Shown piece by piece: positions 34,488 through 43,972 of a stretch of 64,000 nt of DNA. Every line of letters begins with the position of its first letter. Positions within the stretch are counted from its first letter, which is position 1. The notes beneath the pieces are model-generated. The model saw nothing but the letters and a program-made list of their open reading frames with translations. It was not told where the DNA came from and ran no database searches. The DNA comes from Francisella tularensis subsp. holarctica. GTDB lineage: Bacteria > Pseudomonadota > Gammaproteobacteria > Francisellales > CACEW01. The stretch lies in contig CAMCUU010000001.1 of the NCBI GenBank assembly GCA_945879065.1, positions 23,899 through 87,898 on the forward strand, written 5' to 3'. A program made the position numbers and the translations under genes.

Positions 34488-36275
34488 TTAAACTACAGCC
34501 GACTGATGTAACTGGCGATACAGGCCATTTTTTAACATTAATTCACTATGGGTTCCCGATTCTGTAATCCTACCCTGGTCCATGACAATAATTTGATCAG
34601 CAGACTCAATCGTTGATAAACGATGGGCAATTAATAAAGTCGTTCGACCTTGTTTTAAATGCTCAATAGCCTCTTTCACAGCTCGTTCAGATTCGTTGTC
34701 TAGCGCTGAAGTCGCTTCATCTAAAATTAAAATCGGTGCATCTTTCAAAATAGCCCGAGCAATCGCCAATCTTTGACGCTGACCGCCTGAAAGTTTTAAG
34801 CCATTTTCACCAATACGAGTATTTAAACCTTCGGGAAGATTTTCAATAAAATCCCAGGCGTTTGCTGCTTTTGCGGCTGCCATAATTAAATCAGGCGTCG
34901 CGCTTTCTAAATTTCCAAAAGCAATGTTATGCAAAATGGTGTCATCAAATAAATGCACATGCTGAGAGACAATAGAAATCTGAGATCTTAATTGTCTTAA
35001 AGATAAATTTTTAATATTTTCTTGATCTAAAAAAATATCCCCAGCACTCGGCTGATAAAAACCGGCTAATAAAGACACTAAAGTGGATTTTCCGCTGCCT
35101 GACCGCCCGACTAAAGCAATAGTTTGACCTGGAGCAATACTCAAAGAAATATTATTTAGTATTAAAGTATTAGAAGGCATGGACGGATAAGCAAAACTTA
35201 AATTTTTAACTTCTAAAAATCCCTTCAATTTAATTTTTTTATTTAAATTTAAATTTTCTTGTTCTATTAATTCTACTAACTCTTCTGGCTGGTCTAATAA
35301 TCCATAAATACTTTCAGCCGCAGCAAGGCCTCTCTGAATAGTTTGATTCACTTTAGTTAAATTTTTAATAGGATTTAAGACCATGACCATGGCTGAGAAC
35401 ATGGCAATAAAACTACCGGGTGTTAAATGATGAATATACCCATGAAAAGCGACATAGATTACTAGCGCTAAAGCGAGAGCCCCAAACATTTGGACTAGGG
35501 GTGTATTAATAGAGTAAGTCAGATTTAATTTCATTTCTTGAAGAAAATTAAAATCTAATAATTTCATAAATGATTTTTTTTGATATTCCTGGCCTTCGAA
35601 AATTCTGATCTCTCGATAAGCCAAAATACTTTCTTCAGCCGCGTGAGTAATACTCCCCATCCCGCGCTGAATTCTTCGGCTTAATTTTCTAAATCTTTTA
35701 CTCGCCAAATGAATTAAACCAATCACAAAAGGAAAGACAGCAAAAATTAATAAAGTCAGCTGCCAGCAAGAAATAAACATCACTGAAAATAAGCCAATGA
35801 CTAAACAGCCCTGTCTAATAATAACGGTCAGGGTATCGTTATTACATTGAGCCACCTGGTCGACATTATAAGTAATCTTGGCCAAGAGCTGGCCTGAGCT
35901 GACGTCGTCATAATAACTCGCGGGGAGTTTCATTAATTTATTAAAAATATCTTTTCTAAATAAATAGACCACGCGCTTAGACAACCAGCCCATGGAATAA
36001 TTAGACACAATGCCAAAAAATCCCCGCGCAAAAAACAAGCCAATAATAATCAAGGGCAAGATATGCAAATAATGACTGTCTTTGGCAATAAAGCCCTGGT
36101 CTAAAACGGGTTTAAATAAATAAGCCGCATAAGAATCAATGCCAGAATAAGCGGCATTTCCTAGGGCTGTTATTAAAAATAAAGGCCAGTAAGGCAGAAT
36201 CTGCTTAATCAAGCGGACATATAAAGCCTTACCAGACAGGGCGCTTTCACTCTGCGAAGCATTGTTTAAATCCAT
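34488..36275 (-). CDS. msbA: Lipid A export ABC transporter (permease/ATPase)
   Basis: 595 aa. Six N-terminal transmembrane segments, Walker A GRSGSGKST, signature LSGGQRQRLAIARA and Walker B ILILDEATSALD. Confidence 0.9.
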   Translation of the reverse strand: MDLNNASQSESALSGKALYVRLIKQILPYWPLFLITALGNAAYSGIDSYAAYLFKPVLDQGFIAKDSHYLHILPLIIIGLFFARGFFGIVSNYSMGWLSKRVVYLFRKDIFNKLMKLPASYYDDVSSGQLLAKITYNVDQVAQCNNDTLTVIIRQGCLVIGLFSVMFISCWQLTLLIFAVFPFVIGLIHLASKRFRKLSRRIQRGMGSITHAAEESILAYREIRIFEGQEYQKKSFMKLLDFNFLQEMKLNLTYSINTPLVQMFGALALALVIYVAFHGYIHHLTPGSFIAMFSAMVMVLNPIKNLTKVNQTIQRGLAAAESIYGLLDQPEELVELIEQENLNLNKKIKLKGFLEVKNLSFAYPSMPSNTLILNNISLSIAPGQTIALVGRSGSGKSTLVSLLAGFYQPSAGDIFLDQENIKNLSLRQLRSQISIVSQHVHLFDDTILHNIAFGNLESATPDLIMAAAKAANAWDFIENLPEGLNTRIGENGLKLSGGQRQRLAIARAILKDAPILILDEATSALDNESERAVKEAIEHLKQGRTTLLIAHRLSTIESADQIIVMDQGRITESGTHSELMLKNGLYRQLHQSAVV

Positions 36276-36300
36276 TAATAGCTCACCTGCTTTATTAAAA

Positions 36301-36603
36301 TTAAGAATTTAAAGTCGGCGGTTTTAAATTGACATTGGATTTTTCAGCCGGATAACTCGTTGGTCCTGGAGGGATGATAAAAACAGGCTGAGTTTTTATA
36401 TTATTTAACCCTGAAGGCGCTACGGGTACTGGCCGCTCTGAAACTTCTTGATGCATGTAATCATTTTCATGGTTTTTCAAAGTAGAGGCACAGCCGCTTA
36501 AATTTAAACTTAAAGTAAAAATTAAAGTAAAAATTAAAGTAAAAATTAAAAATACTAAGCCCCTAAAAATAAAAATAAATTTTTGAATTTTTTTCATAGT
36601 CAC
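36301..36603 (-). CDS. Small putative lipoprotein
   Basis: 100 aa. Signal peptide followed by the lipobox-like NLSGC. The hydrophobic core is a 12-bp tandem repeat (IFTLIFTLIFTL). Confidence 0.6.
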   Translation of the reverse strand: MTMKKIQKFIFIFRGLVFLIFTLIFTLIFTLSLNLSGCASTLKNHENDYMHQEVSERPVPVAPSGLNNIKTQPVFIIPPGPTSYPAEKSNVNLKPPTLNS

Positions 36604-36686
36604 TTCTTAAAACCCTAAACACGCATATAAAAATAAGGCGCGCATTTTTCATCATTCACGCCCTAGATGCAATTACAAGATTAAAT

Positions 36687-38126
36687 TTACAAGATTAAAT
36701 TTAAAGCCTTGGCTACTCCAGCGCCATAAGCCGGATCAGCCTTTGAGCAATGAGCTATATGGCGATACTTAATAACTTCAGGGGCGTCCCCTAAAGCACG
36801 CGCCGTATTATCAAATAAAACCTGCTGCTGCTCTTGCGAGAGCAATCTAAATAGAGCCCCTGGCTGGGAATAATAATCCTGATCATCTTCTCGATAATCC
36901 CAGTGATCCGCAGCGCCCTGAAGCGCTAAAGGTGGCTCTTTAAATTCAGGTTGCTCTTGCCACTCTCCTGCACTATTGGGCTCATAACCAAGCGTTGCTC
37001 CATAGTTTCCATCGACTCGCATGGCACCATCTCGATGATAAGCGTGCATTGGGCATCGAGGGGCATTGACTGGAATAGACGCATGATTCACGCCCAGTCT
37101 ATAACGCTGCGCATCGCCGTAAGAAAATAGGCGACCTTGGAGCATTTTATCGGGTGAGAAACCAATACCTGGAATGATATTTCCAGGATTAAACGCGGCT
37201 TGCTCTACTTCAGCAAAATAATTTTTTGGATTTTTATTTAATTCTAAGATACCCACTTCTATCAATGGATAATCTTTATGCGGCCAAATTTTAGTCAAAT
37301 CAAAAGGATGATAAGGGACTGTCTGAGCATCTTGCTCCGGCATAATCTGAACAGACAGTTTCCATTTTGGAAACTCCCCTTTTCTAATAGCATCAAAAAG
37401 ATCTTTCTGATGGGTCTCTCGAGATTGCCCTATTAATATTTCAGCCTCTGTGTCTGTTAAATTTTTAATGCCCTGCAGGGTCTGAAAATGAAACTTCACC
37501 CAATGACGCTCATTCGCATGATTAATAAAACTAAACGTATGGGAGCCAAAACCATGCATATGTCTATAAGACGCTGGAATCCCTCGATCGCTCATTAAAA
37601 TAGTAATCTGGTGCAGCGCTTCAGGAAGAGAGGTCCAGAAATCCCAGTTATTTTTCGCACTCCGCAAATTAGTCTCAGGGTCTCTTTTCACAGCATGATT
37701 TAAGTCAGGAAATTTCAAGGGATCTCTTAAGAAAAAAACAGGGGTGTTATTCCCCACTAAATCCCAGTTACCTTCTTCCGTATAAAATTTAATCGCAAAG
37801 CCTCGAATATCACGCTCAGCATCCGCCGCCCCACGCTCCCCTGCGACAGTTGAAAAGCGCATAAATAAATTTGTTTTCTTACCTATTTCAGAAAATATTT
37901 TAGCCCGGGTATATTTTGAAATATCATGCGTGACGGTGAATACTCCATAAGCGCCAGAACCCTTGGCATGCATGCGTCGCTCTGGAATCACTTCTCGATC
38001 AAAATGCGCCAGCTTTTCTAAAAACCAAACATCTTGCAAAAGCTGAGGCCCTCTCGGTCCTGCAGTCATACTATTTTGGTTGTCTACTACGGGGCAGCCC
38101 GCTGAAGTTGTTAGCTTTTTTTTCAT
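36687..38126 (-). CDS. katA: Monofunctional haem catalase
   Basis: 479 aa. Contains [42 protein letters not shown] and [14 protein letters not shown]. Confidence 0.95.
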   Translation of the reverse strand: MKKKLTTSAGCPVVDNQNSMTAGPRGPQLLQDVWFLEKLAHFDREVIPERRMHAKGSGAYGVFTVTHDISKYTRAKIFSEIGKKTNLFMRFSTVAGERGAADAERDIRGFAIKFYTEEGNWDLVGNNTPVFFLRDPLKFPDLNHAVKRDPETNLRSAKNNWDFWTSLPEALHQITILMSDRGIPASYRHMHGFGSHTFSFINHANERHWVKFHFQTLQGIKNLTDTEAEILIGQSRETHQKDLFDAIRKGEFPKWKLSVQIMPEQDAQTVPYHPFDLTKIWPHKDYPLIEVGILELNKNPKNYFAEVEQAAFNPGNIIPGIGFSPDKMLQGRLFSYGDAQRYRLGVNHASIPVNAPRCPMHAYHRDGAMRVDGNYGATLGYEPNSAGEWQEQPEFKEPPLALQGAADHWDYREDDQDYYSQPGALFRLLSQEQQQVLFDNTARALGDAPEVIKYRHIAHCSKADPAYGAGVAKALNLIL

Positions 38127-38173
38127 ATAAAAATTCTACCCCTATTAAAAATATAAAATATAAATTGCACTAA

Positions 38174-38203
38174 GCCGACACCCGCCGACACGCGCCGACA
38201 CCT
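38174..38203. repeat. GC-rich 10-bp direct repeat (GCCGACACNC)x3 in the katA/ycaO divergent intergenic region
   Basis: GCCGACACCC GCCGACACGC GCCGACACCT read directly. It lies about 48-77 nt upstream of the katA ATG (minus strand). Confidence 0.8.
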
Positions 38204-38258
38204 GCCAATATACTGATAACCGGGTGTTTATATTAGTTTTACTTAGTTTTTACCAGCC

Positions 38259-38333
38259 TGTTTTTAATAGGGTTTTTAAAATGGTTTTTAATAGAGTATT
38301 TAAATAGATATTTTCACCCGCTGTTTTAAATAG
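38259..38333. repeat. Array of ~12-bp AT-rich direct repeats (GTTTTTAATAG-like, 4 contiguous plus 1) upstream of ycaO
   Basis: TGTTTTTAATAG / GGTTTTTAAAATG / GTTTTTAATAG / AGTATTTAAATAG, then CTGTTTTAAATAG after a 13-nt gap. The array ends about 70 nt upstream of the ycaO ATG. Confidence 0.7.
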
Positions 38334-38401
38334 ACTTCGTCACCATAAATTAATAAGATGCCCCACTATTTTACTTAGCCTAAGTTTTGAAGTTTTAATC
38401 C

Positions 38402-39538
38402 ATGACTTTAGATTCCCCATTAACTCTAGACTTGCATCTTAAAGGCACCGTCAGGGCTCGAGACCCTTCGGAGACTTTAAAAATCATTCAGCCCTATATT
38501 CAAAAAGCGGGGATCACTCGCCTTGCAAATTTAACCCACTTGGATTGCCTGGGGATTCCTGTTTTTACCTGCATTCGTCCACTGTCTAAAAATCTTTCGA
38601 CGTCTCAAGGCAAAGGAATTACAGACGATTTAGCCAAGTGCAGTGCTTATATGGAAGCCATTGAGCATTTTTTTAGTGAGAATATTCAGGCGGATTTAAT
38701 TAGCCCCATGGATCAAATTCCAGAGTCTTCAAGAGTTGATTTAGATTTATTATCTAAAGGTTTAATCCACTCAGACCAGGTTAATCCCTATCAAACTTAT
38801 ATTACTCACTGGACTCTCTGCGAAAGTTTATTAGGCGAAAAATCTTTATATTTTCCAACGGAATATTTTTCTTTTAATTTAACCCAGCCCTGCCTTGAAA
38901 ATAGTTTATTTAAAAAAACGACGACGGGTTTAGCCTCTGGTAATAATTTAATTGAAGCCTCCGTCCATGCGCTTTATGAGTGTGTTGAACGCCATATGAG
39001 TTTTTTATTTTCCAAGCTTTCTCATGCTGAAAAAATGGCGCGAATTTTAAATCCCGACAGTATTAATTATCCAGAAGCTCAAGACTTAATTAAAAAATTA
39101 AAAAACCATCATATTGATTGCGTGATTTTTGATACTACTCAGAATTTAAACATCCCTACTTTTCATGTGATCATTGCGGATGACAATCCTTTTAGAAAAT
39201 TAGGTCATTACAGCGGGACGGGAACTCATCTTCATGCTGGAATTGCCTTATGCAGAGCCCTCACAGAAGCGGTGCAATCAAGATTAACTTATATCGCCGG
39301 CTCTCGAGATGACATGTTTCCTAAAGACTATAAAACCCAATGGGGGGCGTTAAAATTTTCTGGGACTTATTTATTCAAACTAGACCCTGAAAAAACTTAT
39401 TTATCCCTTCAAGAGCAATATGATTTTTTATTAAATACTTTAAAAAATCATGCTTTTCATCCCTATAGACATATTCATACCCAAGCGTCTGATTTAATTA
39501 CGGTCTTAAAAATTATGATTCCAGGAATGGCTCTATGA
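38402..39538 (+). CDS. YcaO-domain protein (ATP-dependent backbone-amide activating enzyme)
   Basis: 378 aa. Contains LSTSQGKGITDDLAKCSAYMEAIEHF and TTTGLASGNNLIEASVHALYECVERH, the hallmark YcaO motifs. A 4-nt ATGA overlap links it to the downstream TfuA gene. Confidence 0.85.
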   Translation: MTLDSPLTLDLHLKGTVRARDPSETLKIIQPYIQKAGITRLANLTHLDCLGIPVFTCIRPLSKNLSTSQGKGITDDLAKCSAYMEAIEHFFSENIQADLISPMDQIPESSRVDLDLLSKGLIHSDQVNPYQTYITHWTLCESLLGEKSLYFPTEYFSFNLTQPCLENSLFKKTTTGLASGNNLIEASVHALYECVERHMSFLFSKLSHAEKMARILNPDSINYPEAQDLIKKLKNHHIDCVIFDTTQNLNIPTFHVIIADDNPFRKLGHYSGTGTHLHAGIALCRALTEAVQSRLTYIAGSRDDMFPKDYKTQWGALKFSGTYLFKLDPEKTYLSLQEQYDFLLNTLKNHAFHPYRHIHTQASDLITVLKIMIPGMAL

Positions 39539-40938
39539 CTTTAAATAATTCAAATAATTCAAATAATTCAAATAATTTAAATAATTTTTTTATTTTTACA
39601 GGCCCTTCTTTATCCCATGAAGAAGCTAGGAAAATAATGCCTGACGCGCATTATCATGCGCCGATTCAATGCGGTGATGTCATCAAAGCCCTTCGCGCTG
39701 GGGCAAAGAAAATTATTATTATTGACGGCTATTTCGAACAAAAAGGCGCGGTCTGGCATAAAGAAATTATTTTCGCCCTATCACAAGGTGTTTTAGTTTA
39801 TGGTGCCAGCAGCATGGGCGCCCTTCGCGCTGCTGAACTGCATACTTTAGGCATGATCGGCTATGGGAAAATATTTGAACTCTATAAAAATAATGTAATT
39901 CTTGATGACGACGAAGTCGCTCTGGTCCATAGCGATACTGAATTTGAGTCCCGTATTACACCCATGGTGAATATTCGAGCGACTTTTGAACGCGCAGTTC
40001 AAGAAAATATTGCAAGCCCCCAGCAGGCTGAAATTTTAATTCAACAATTTAAAAATCAGGCTTATTACAACCGCTCTATTTTTAATAACACTGATTTTTT
40101 TAATACCCCTGATTTATTAAAATTACAGAGCTGGCTGAAAGAAAATTATGTGGACCAGAAGAAAGAAGACGCACAAAATTTACTTCAAGCTTTAACTCTA
40201 AAAACTCTAAAAACTCTAGAAACTCCAGCTTTTATAAATTTTCCAGGTGGCTTATTTTTTAATCGAATATTTCGAGAAATGATCACCGAGCCTTTTGATT
40301 TACCCTATGAATGGCTTTCTATTCAAGAAAAAAATCTCGCAAGATTAAAAACTCAAGATCCCCAAGTTTTATTTTTACTTCAAAGAGTGGCTAAGTGCCT
40401 ACACCTGGGCCTAGACATTTCTGTTTTTAATCAAGAAAAAGTATTACCCCATCAGGTTTATCACTATCTCTGCCAGCCCGAGTTCATCTCTCACTGCCCT
40501 GTTTCCCTAGATTTTATTTATCAAGCTTTGCTTATAGAAAATAAAAACAATAAAAATAATAAAAATTTAATTCAAAAATTAGCGGCTATTTATCAAGCTT
40601 TTTTAGGCTTTATGAGCCGAGAAAAATTATCTATTAGCCCCGTATTTATTCAAAAATATGCCGATGAATTTAGGCGCGAGCATGAATTAATTTCTATTGA
40701 AAAAACCATGAGCTGGATGCAAGAAAATAATTTAAAAACATCTGAAGAATTTGAAAAATTTATCTGTGTCCTAGCACCCATGCATCATGTGATTGACCTG
40801 CATAATGCGCATTCAATCGGCCTTCAAACTCAGCTGACTTGTTATTCTTGGCTAAACAACGCGGAAGAATTAATTAATAATTTAAATAACTTAAAAACAG
40901 AGAAATTTAATTCTCACTTGATTTCGAATAATGCTTAA
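39535..40938 (+). CDS. tfuA: TfuA-domain protein with a long C-terminal extension
   Basis: 467 aa. FIFTGPSLSHEEARKIMPDAHYHAPIQCGDVIKALRAGAKKIIIIDGYFEQKGAVWHKEIIFALSQGVLVYGASSMGALRAAEL...DDDEVALVH...VNIRATF...VDQKKEDA matches the TfuA family as I remember it. Roughly 250 further residues have no motif I recognise. Confidence 0.85.
   Translation: MTLNNSNNSNNSNNLNNFFIFTGPSLSHEEARKIMPDAHYHAPIQCGDVIKALRAGAKKIIIIDGYFEQKGAVWHKEIIFALSQGVLVYGASSMGALRAAELHTLGMIGYGKIFELYKNNVILDDDEVALVHSDTEFESRITPMVNIRATFERAVQENIASPQQAEILIQQFKNQAYYNRSIFNNTDFFNTPDLLKLQSWLKENYVDQKKEDAQNLLQALTLKTLKTLETPAFINFPGGLFFNRIFREMITEPFDLPYEWLSIQEKNLARLKTQDPQVLFLLQRVAKCLHLGLDISVFNQEKVLPHQVYHYLCQPEFISHCPVSLDFIYQALLIENKNNKNNKNLIQKLAAIYQAFLGFMSREKLSISPVFIQKYADEFRREHELISIEKTMSWMQENNLKTSEEFEKFICVLAPMHHVIDLHNAHSIGLQTQLTCYSWLNNAEELINNLNNLKTEKFNSHLISNNA
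39541..39585 (+). repeat. 9-bp tandem repeat (TCAAATAAT)x5 encoding NNS repeats at the TfuA N-terminus
   Basis: TTAAATAAT TCAAATAAT TCAAATAAT TCAAATAAT TTAAATAAT read directly. It is translated as LNNSNNSNNSNNLNN. Confidence 0.85.
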
Positions 40939-42367
40939 AAATACCGCAGCCTACTAATAAAAATAAACCGACTAAAACACCCAAAATTGAATCAATAAAA
41001 AAAGCTCGAGATAGGTGTTTTAATATATATTCTGTCGCCATGTGATCATCAAAAGTCCCTATTTTGGCTAGATAATCTGACAAGCTCCCTGCAACGCCAG
41101 AAATTAATTGCCCACAACCAATTAAAAATCCTTGTAAAACAGGAGGGCCATATTCAATCGCTAGAGAATTAGACAGGGGCCCAATCATCATCTCTGAAAT
41201 ACTCATCATGATAAAAGCCAAGAAAATCCAGAGAATGGGAACTTCTCCCTGACTAATAGACAGATAGGTCCCCAGAGCCAGCACAAGATAAGAAAGCCCC
41301 ATGAGAAAGATGGCAAAAAAAGCACGGGATTGGCTGCTAAAAAAATCATTTAGCTTTTTCATTTTAGTCATGAATAAAATACCCACTAAAATATCGCAGA
41401 GGGCATTGAAAGAGCCTAAAAAAGACGAGGGAATTAAAAACCCTAGAAAATCCCTATTGACTAAGCTATCAAAAAAACCAAGCACTAAAGACTGCTCGAG
41501 ATTATATAAAGCCCAGAAAATAAGCGTCGCAAGAATAATCACAATGAACCAATTTAATTTTCGACGCTCGCGAGACTCCAAACCAAAATTTTTAAAAAAC
41601 CCTAAAAATAATAAAAATCCGAATGTTAAAACCGTTAACACAATGACTAAAATATTAGACAGTGCTTCTCGCTTTAAAATAAATTCTAAAATTAAAACAG
41701 CAAAGAAACTCATGAGAATTAATAAAGCGCAGGATTTCAAATCAATATTTTTATACTTTCCGAGCGTCATAGATTGCAAGGCAGACTGGGAATTCGAAAG
41801 AAAAGAAATAAAGGGAAAAGCCAGGGTATAAATCAGGCCACTCACCAGGGCACAAAAACCTGCTATTAAAAATAAAATTGCAAAATGTTGAATCCCGATC
41901 GATCCAAAAATAATACCGCCTATAAAAACACCCACGTTGACACTGAGATAAAGCAAAATATATCCCAATGTTAAAGACTGTTTTTGCTGAGGCGCTCTGG
42001 CATGGCCAATCACGACCATAGCGTTGGGGAAGAAAAGCCCCATCCCCACGTCCATTAGCGCACAGGCTAAGTAGAGCGTGGACTCAAAGCAAAAACACAA
42101 ATAAGCCGAGCAAAGTAGTACAGATCCAATCCAGACACACTCTCGATGCCCTAAGCGCCCCCCTAAAAATCCACCAAAAATAGAGGCTGTGAAAAACCAG
42201 CTCACATAAGTGTTATATAAAGAAAAAGTGAGTTCATGTGAAAAGTGAAATTGATGAATTAGTAGCAAAGAAAAGCTGGAATAAATTAAGCCAAAACCAA
42301 AGGACATGAAGATCAAAACGCTGCTCATTATCCAGAGCGTTTGAGAGTAATTTAAATAGCGCTTCAT
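40907..42367 (-). CDS. MFS transporter (possibly POT/peptide-transporter-like)
   Basis: 486 aa, about 12-14 hydrophobic segments, with GGFLGGRLGHRE in the loop after TM2. Its 3' end overlaps the TfuA 3' end by 32 nt (convergent). Confidence 0.75.
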   Translation of the reverse strand: MKRYLNYSQTLWIMSSVLIFMSFGFGLIYSSFSLLLIHQFHFSHELTFSLYNTYVSWFFTASIFGGFLGGRLGHRECVWIGSVLLCSAYLCFCFESTLYLACALMDVGMGLFFPNAMVVIGHARAPQQKQSLTLGYILLYLSVNVGVFIGGIIFGSIGIQHFAILFLIAGFCALVSGLIYTLAFPFISFLSNSQSALQSMTLGKYKNIDLKSCALLILMSFFAVLILEFILKREALSNILVIVLTVLTFGFLLFLGFFKNFGLESRERRKLNWFIVIILATLIFWALYNLEQSLVLGFFDSLVNRDFLGFLIPSSFLGSFNALCDILVGILFMTKMKKLNDFFSSQSRAFFAIFLMGLSYLVLALGTYLSISQGEVPILWIFLAFIMMSISEMMIGPLSNSLAIEYGPPVLQGFLIGCGQLISGVAGSLSDYLAKIGTFDDHMATEYILKHLSRAFFIDSILGVLVGLFLLVGCGIFKHYSKSSEN

Positions 42368-42480
42368 CGAGTCACTTTAATTATTATAAAAATTTATAAC
42401 GGCGGTCGGGCATTGTACTTTTCCACTTGGAAAACACAAAAGAATTTTTTACAAAAAATTTTTTAAATTCTAATCCCCGA

Positions 42481-43752
42481 CTAATCTTCAACGCGCTGAA
42501 TATCTGCGCCCAGTTTAATAAATTTTTCTTCTAGATTGGCATAGCCTCGATCCATATGAGATACCCCTTCCATATGAGTTTCCCCTTCGGCCACTAATCC
42601 TGCCAAAACAAGACAGGCCGAAGCTCTCAAATCAGAGGCTAGAACCGGCGCTCCAGATAATTTAATCACCCCATGACAGGCCAAAGATCGCCCCGTAATT
42701 TGAATATCAGCCCCCAAACGGACTAACTCTGGAACATGCATAAATCGATTTTCAAAAATAGTCTCAGTGACTTTAGCCATGCCTTTAGCAATAGAATTCA
42801 AAGCTACAAATTGCGCTTGCATATCCGTTGCAAAGCCAGGATAAGGTGCAGTTTCAATATCCACTGCTTTTAATTCTTTACCACGCATATCCAAAGAAAT
42901 ACTGTTCTCTGTTGTCTCTATTTTGGCGCCTGCTTTTTTTAATTTAACCAAGGTAGCCTTCATACATTCTGGCGCAATATTGTGAAGCTTCACTTTTCCT
43001 TGGGTCATCGCAGCAGCGACTAAATAAGTCCCTGCTTCAATGCGATCACTCATGACGCGATAACGAGTCCCATGAAGCGCCTCAACTCCTGTAATACTAA
43101 TTTTTGAAGTCCCAGCGCCTGTAATCTTGGCACCCATTTGATTTAAAAAATTAGCGAGATCTACTACTTCAGGCTCACGAGCCGCATTTTTAATTACAGT
43201 AACCCCTTCAGCCAAAGTCGCGGCCATCATAATATTTTCAGTCGCTGTTACGCTGACTAATCTCATAGGCACCTTGGCGCCTTTTAATCTCGCTCCAGGA
43301 GCAAGATGGGCATGAACAAACCCTTCGTGAACATCAATCTCAGCACCCATGGCTTTTAATCCAGCCAAATGAATATCAATCGGCCGTGGGCCAATATTAC
43401 ATCCACCGGGTAGCGCAACTCTGGCATCTCCAAATCTTGAAACTAAAGGACCCAAAACAACAATGGATGCTCGCATCGCTTTGACTAAATCATAGGGAAC
43501 GGTGAGCTGGTTAACTTTAGAAGCGTCTAACTTAATCACATCATGATCACAGAGTGTTACTTCAACGCCCAGCTCTCCCAATAATTCCAACATCACTGTC
43601 ACATCATGAAGATGGGGGATATTTTCCAGCTCCACAGGCTCTTTAGTTAACAAAGCCGCAGCTAATAATTTTAAAGCAGAATTTTTTGCACCACTGATTT
43701 CTACTTCGCCGACCAATGGCCGACCCCCTCTAATAATTAAACGCCCGCCCAT
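42481..43752 (-). CDS. murA: UDP-N-acetylglucosamine 1-carboxyvinyltransferase
   Basis: 423 aa. Contains GEVEISGAKNSALKLLAAALL and LPGGCNIGPRPIDIHL (active-site Cys present). Confidence 0.95.
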   Translation of the reverse strand: MGGRLIIRGGRPLVGEVEISGAKNSALKLLAAALLTKEPVELENIPHLHDVTVMLELLGELGVEVTLCDHDVIKLDASKVNQLTVPYDLVKAMRASIVVLGPLVSRFGDARVALPGGCNIGPRPIDIHLAGLKAMGAEIDVHEGFVHAHLAPGARLKGAKVPMRLVSVTATENIMMAATLAEGVTVIKNAAREPEVVDLANFLNQMGAKITGAGTSKISITGVEALHGTRYRVMSDRIEAGTYLVAAAMTQGKVKLHNIAPECMKATLVKLKKAGAKIETTENSISLDMRGKELKAVDIETAPYPGFATDMQAQFVALNSIAKGMAKVTETIFENRFMHVPELVRLGADIQITGRSLACHGVIKLSGAPVLASDLRASACLVLAGLVAEGETHMEGVSHMDRGYANLEEKFIKLGADIQRVED

Positions 43753-43972
43753 GGATCTTCCTGATGTATTGTCATAATTAAACGCCTTAAAAAACAGCGC
43801 GGGATTTTAGTCAATCAAGCCTGAAACTCAATAAAAAACTCAGTCAAAAATTTAATAAAAAAATAAAAATAAAAATAGCCCAGTCGCATCTTGGCTTGCA
43901 TTTTTTTATAATACCCCGCTTTTATTTTTTAATAAGCGCTTAATAAGCTCTAAAAAAGGCCCTCAAAATTTC

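Noticed and set aside
38224-38307. 27-codon GTG ORF (VFILVLLSFYQPVFNRVFKMVFNRVFK) upstream of ycaO, considered as a candidate RiPP precursor
   Set aside because: No Shine-Dalgarno sequence, and a non-ATG start. The peptide's internal repeat is simply the translation of the AT-rich DNA tandem repeat. It has no Cys/Gly/Ser-rich core. It should be kept only as a candidate to exclude experimentally.
39541-39585. Short tandem arrays (here and at 6567, 30509, 36511, 53920 and elsewhere) considered as CRISPR-like arrays
   Set aside because: The units are 9-13 bp, directly abutting with no spacers, and mostly inside ORFs. No cas genes are present.
41301-41831. 176-aa plus-strand ORF (MRKMAKKARDW...) inside the MFS transporter gene, considered as a possible YcaO/TfuA-associated product
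   Set aside because: It lies entirely antisense to a well-supported 486-aa membrane protein gene. Its Lys/Asn-rich composition is what the reverse complement of Phe/Leu/Ile-rich transmembrane codons produces. It has no motifs and no RBS.
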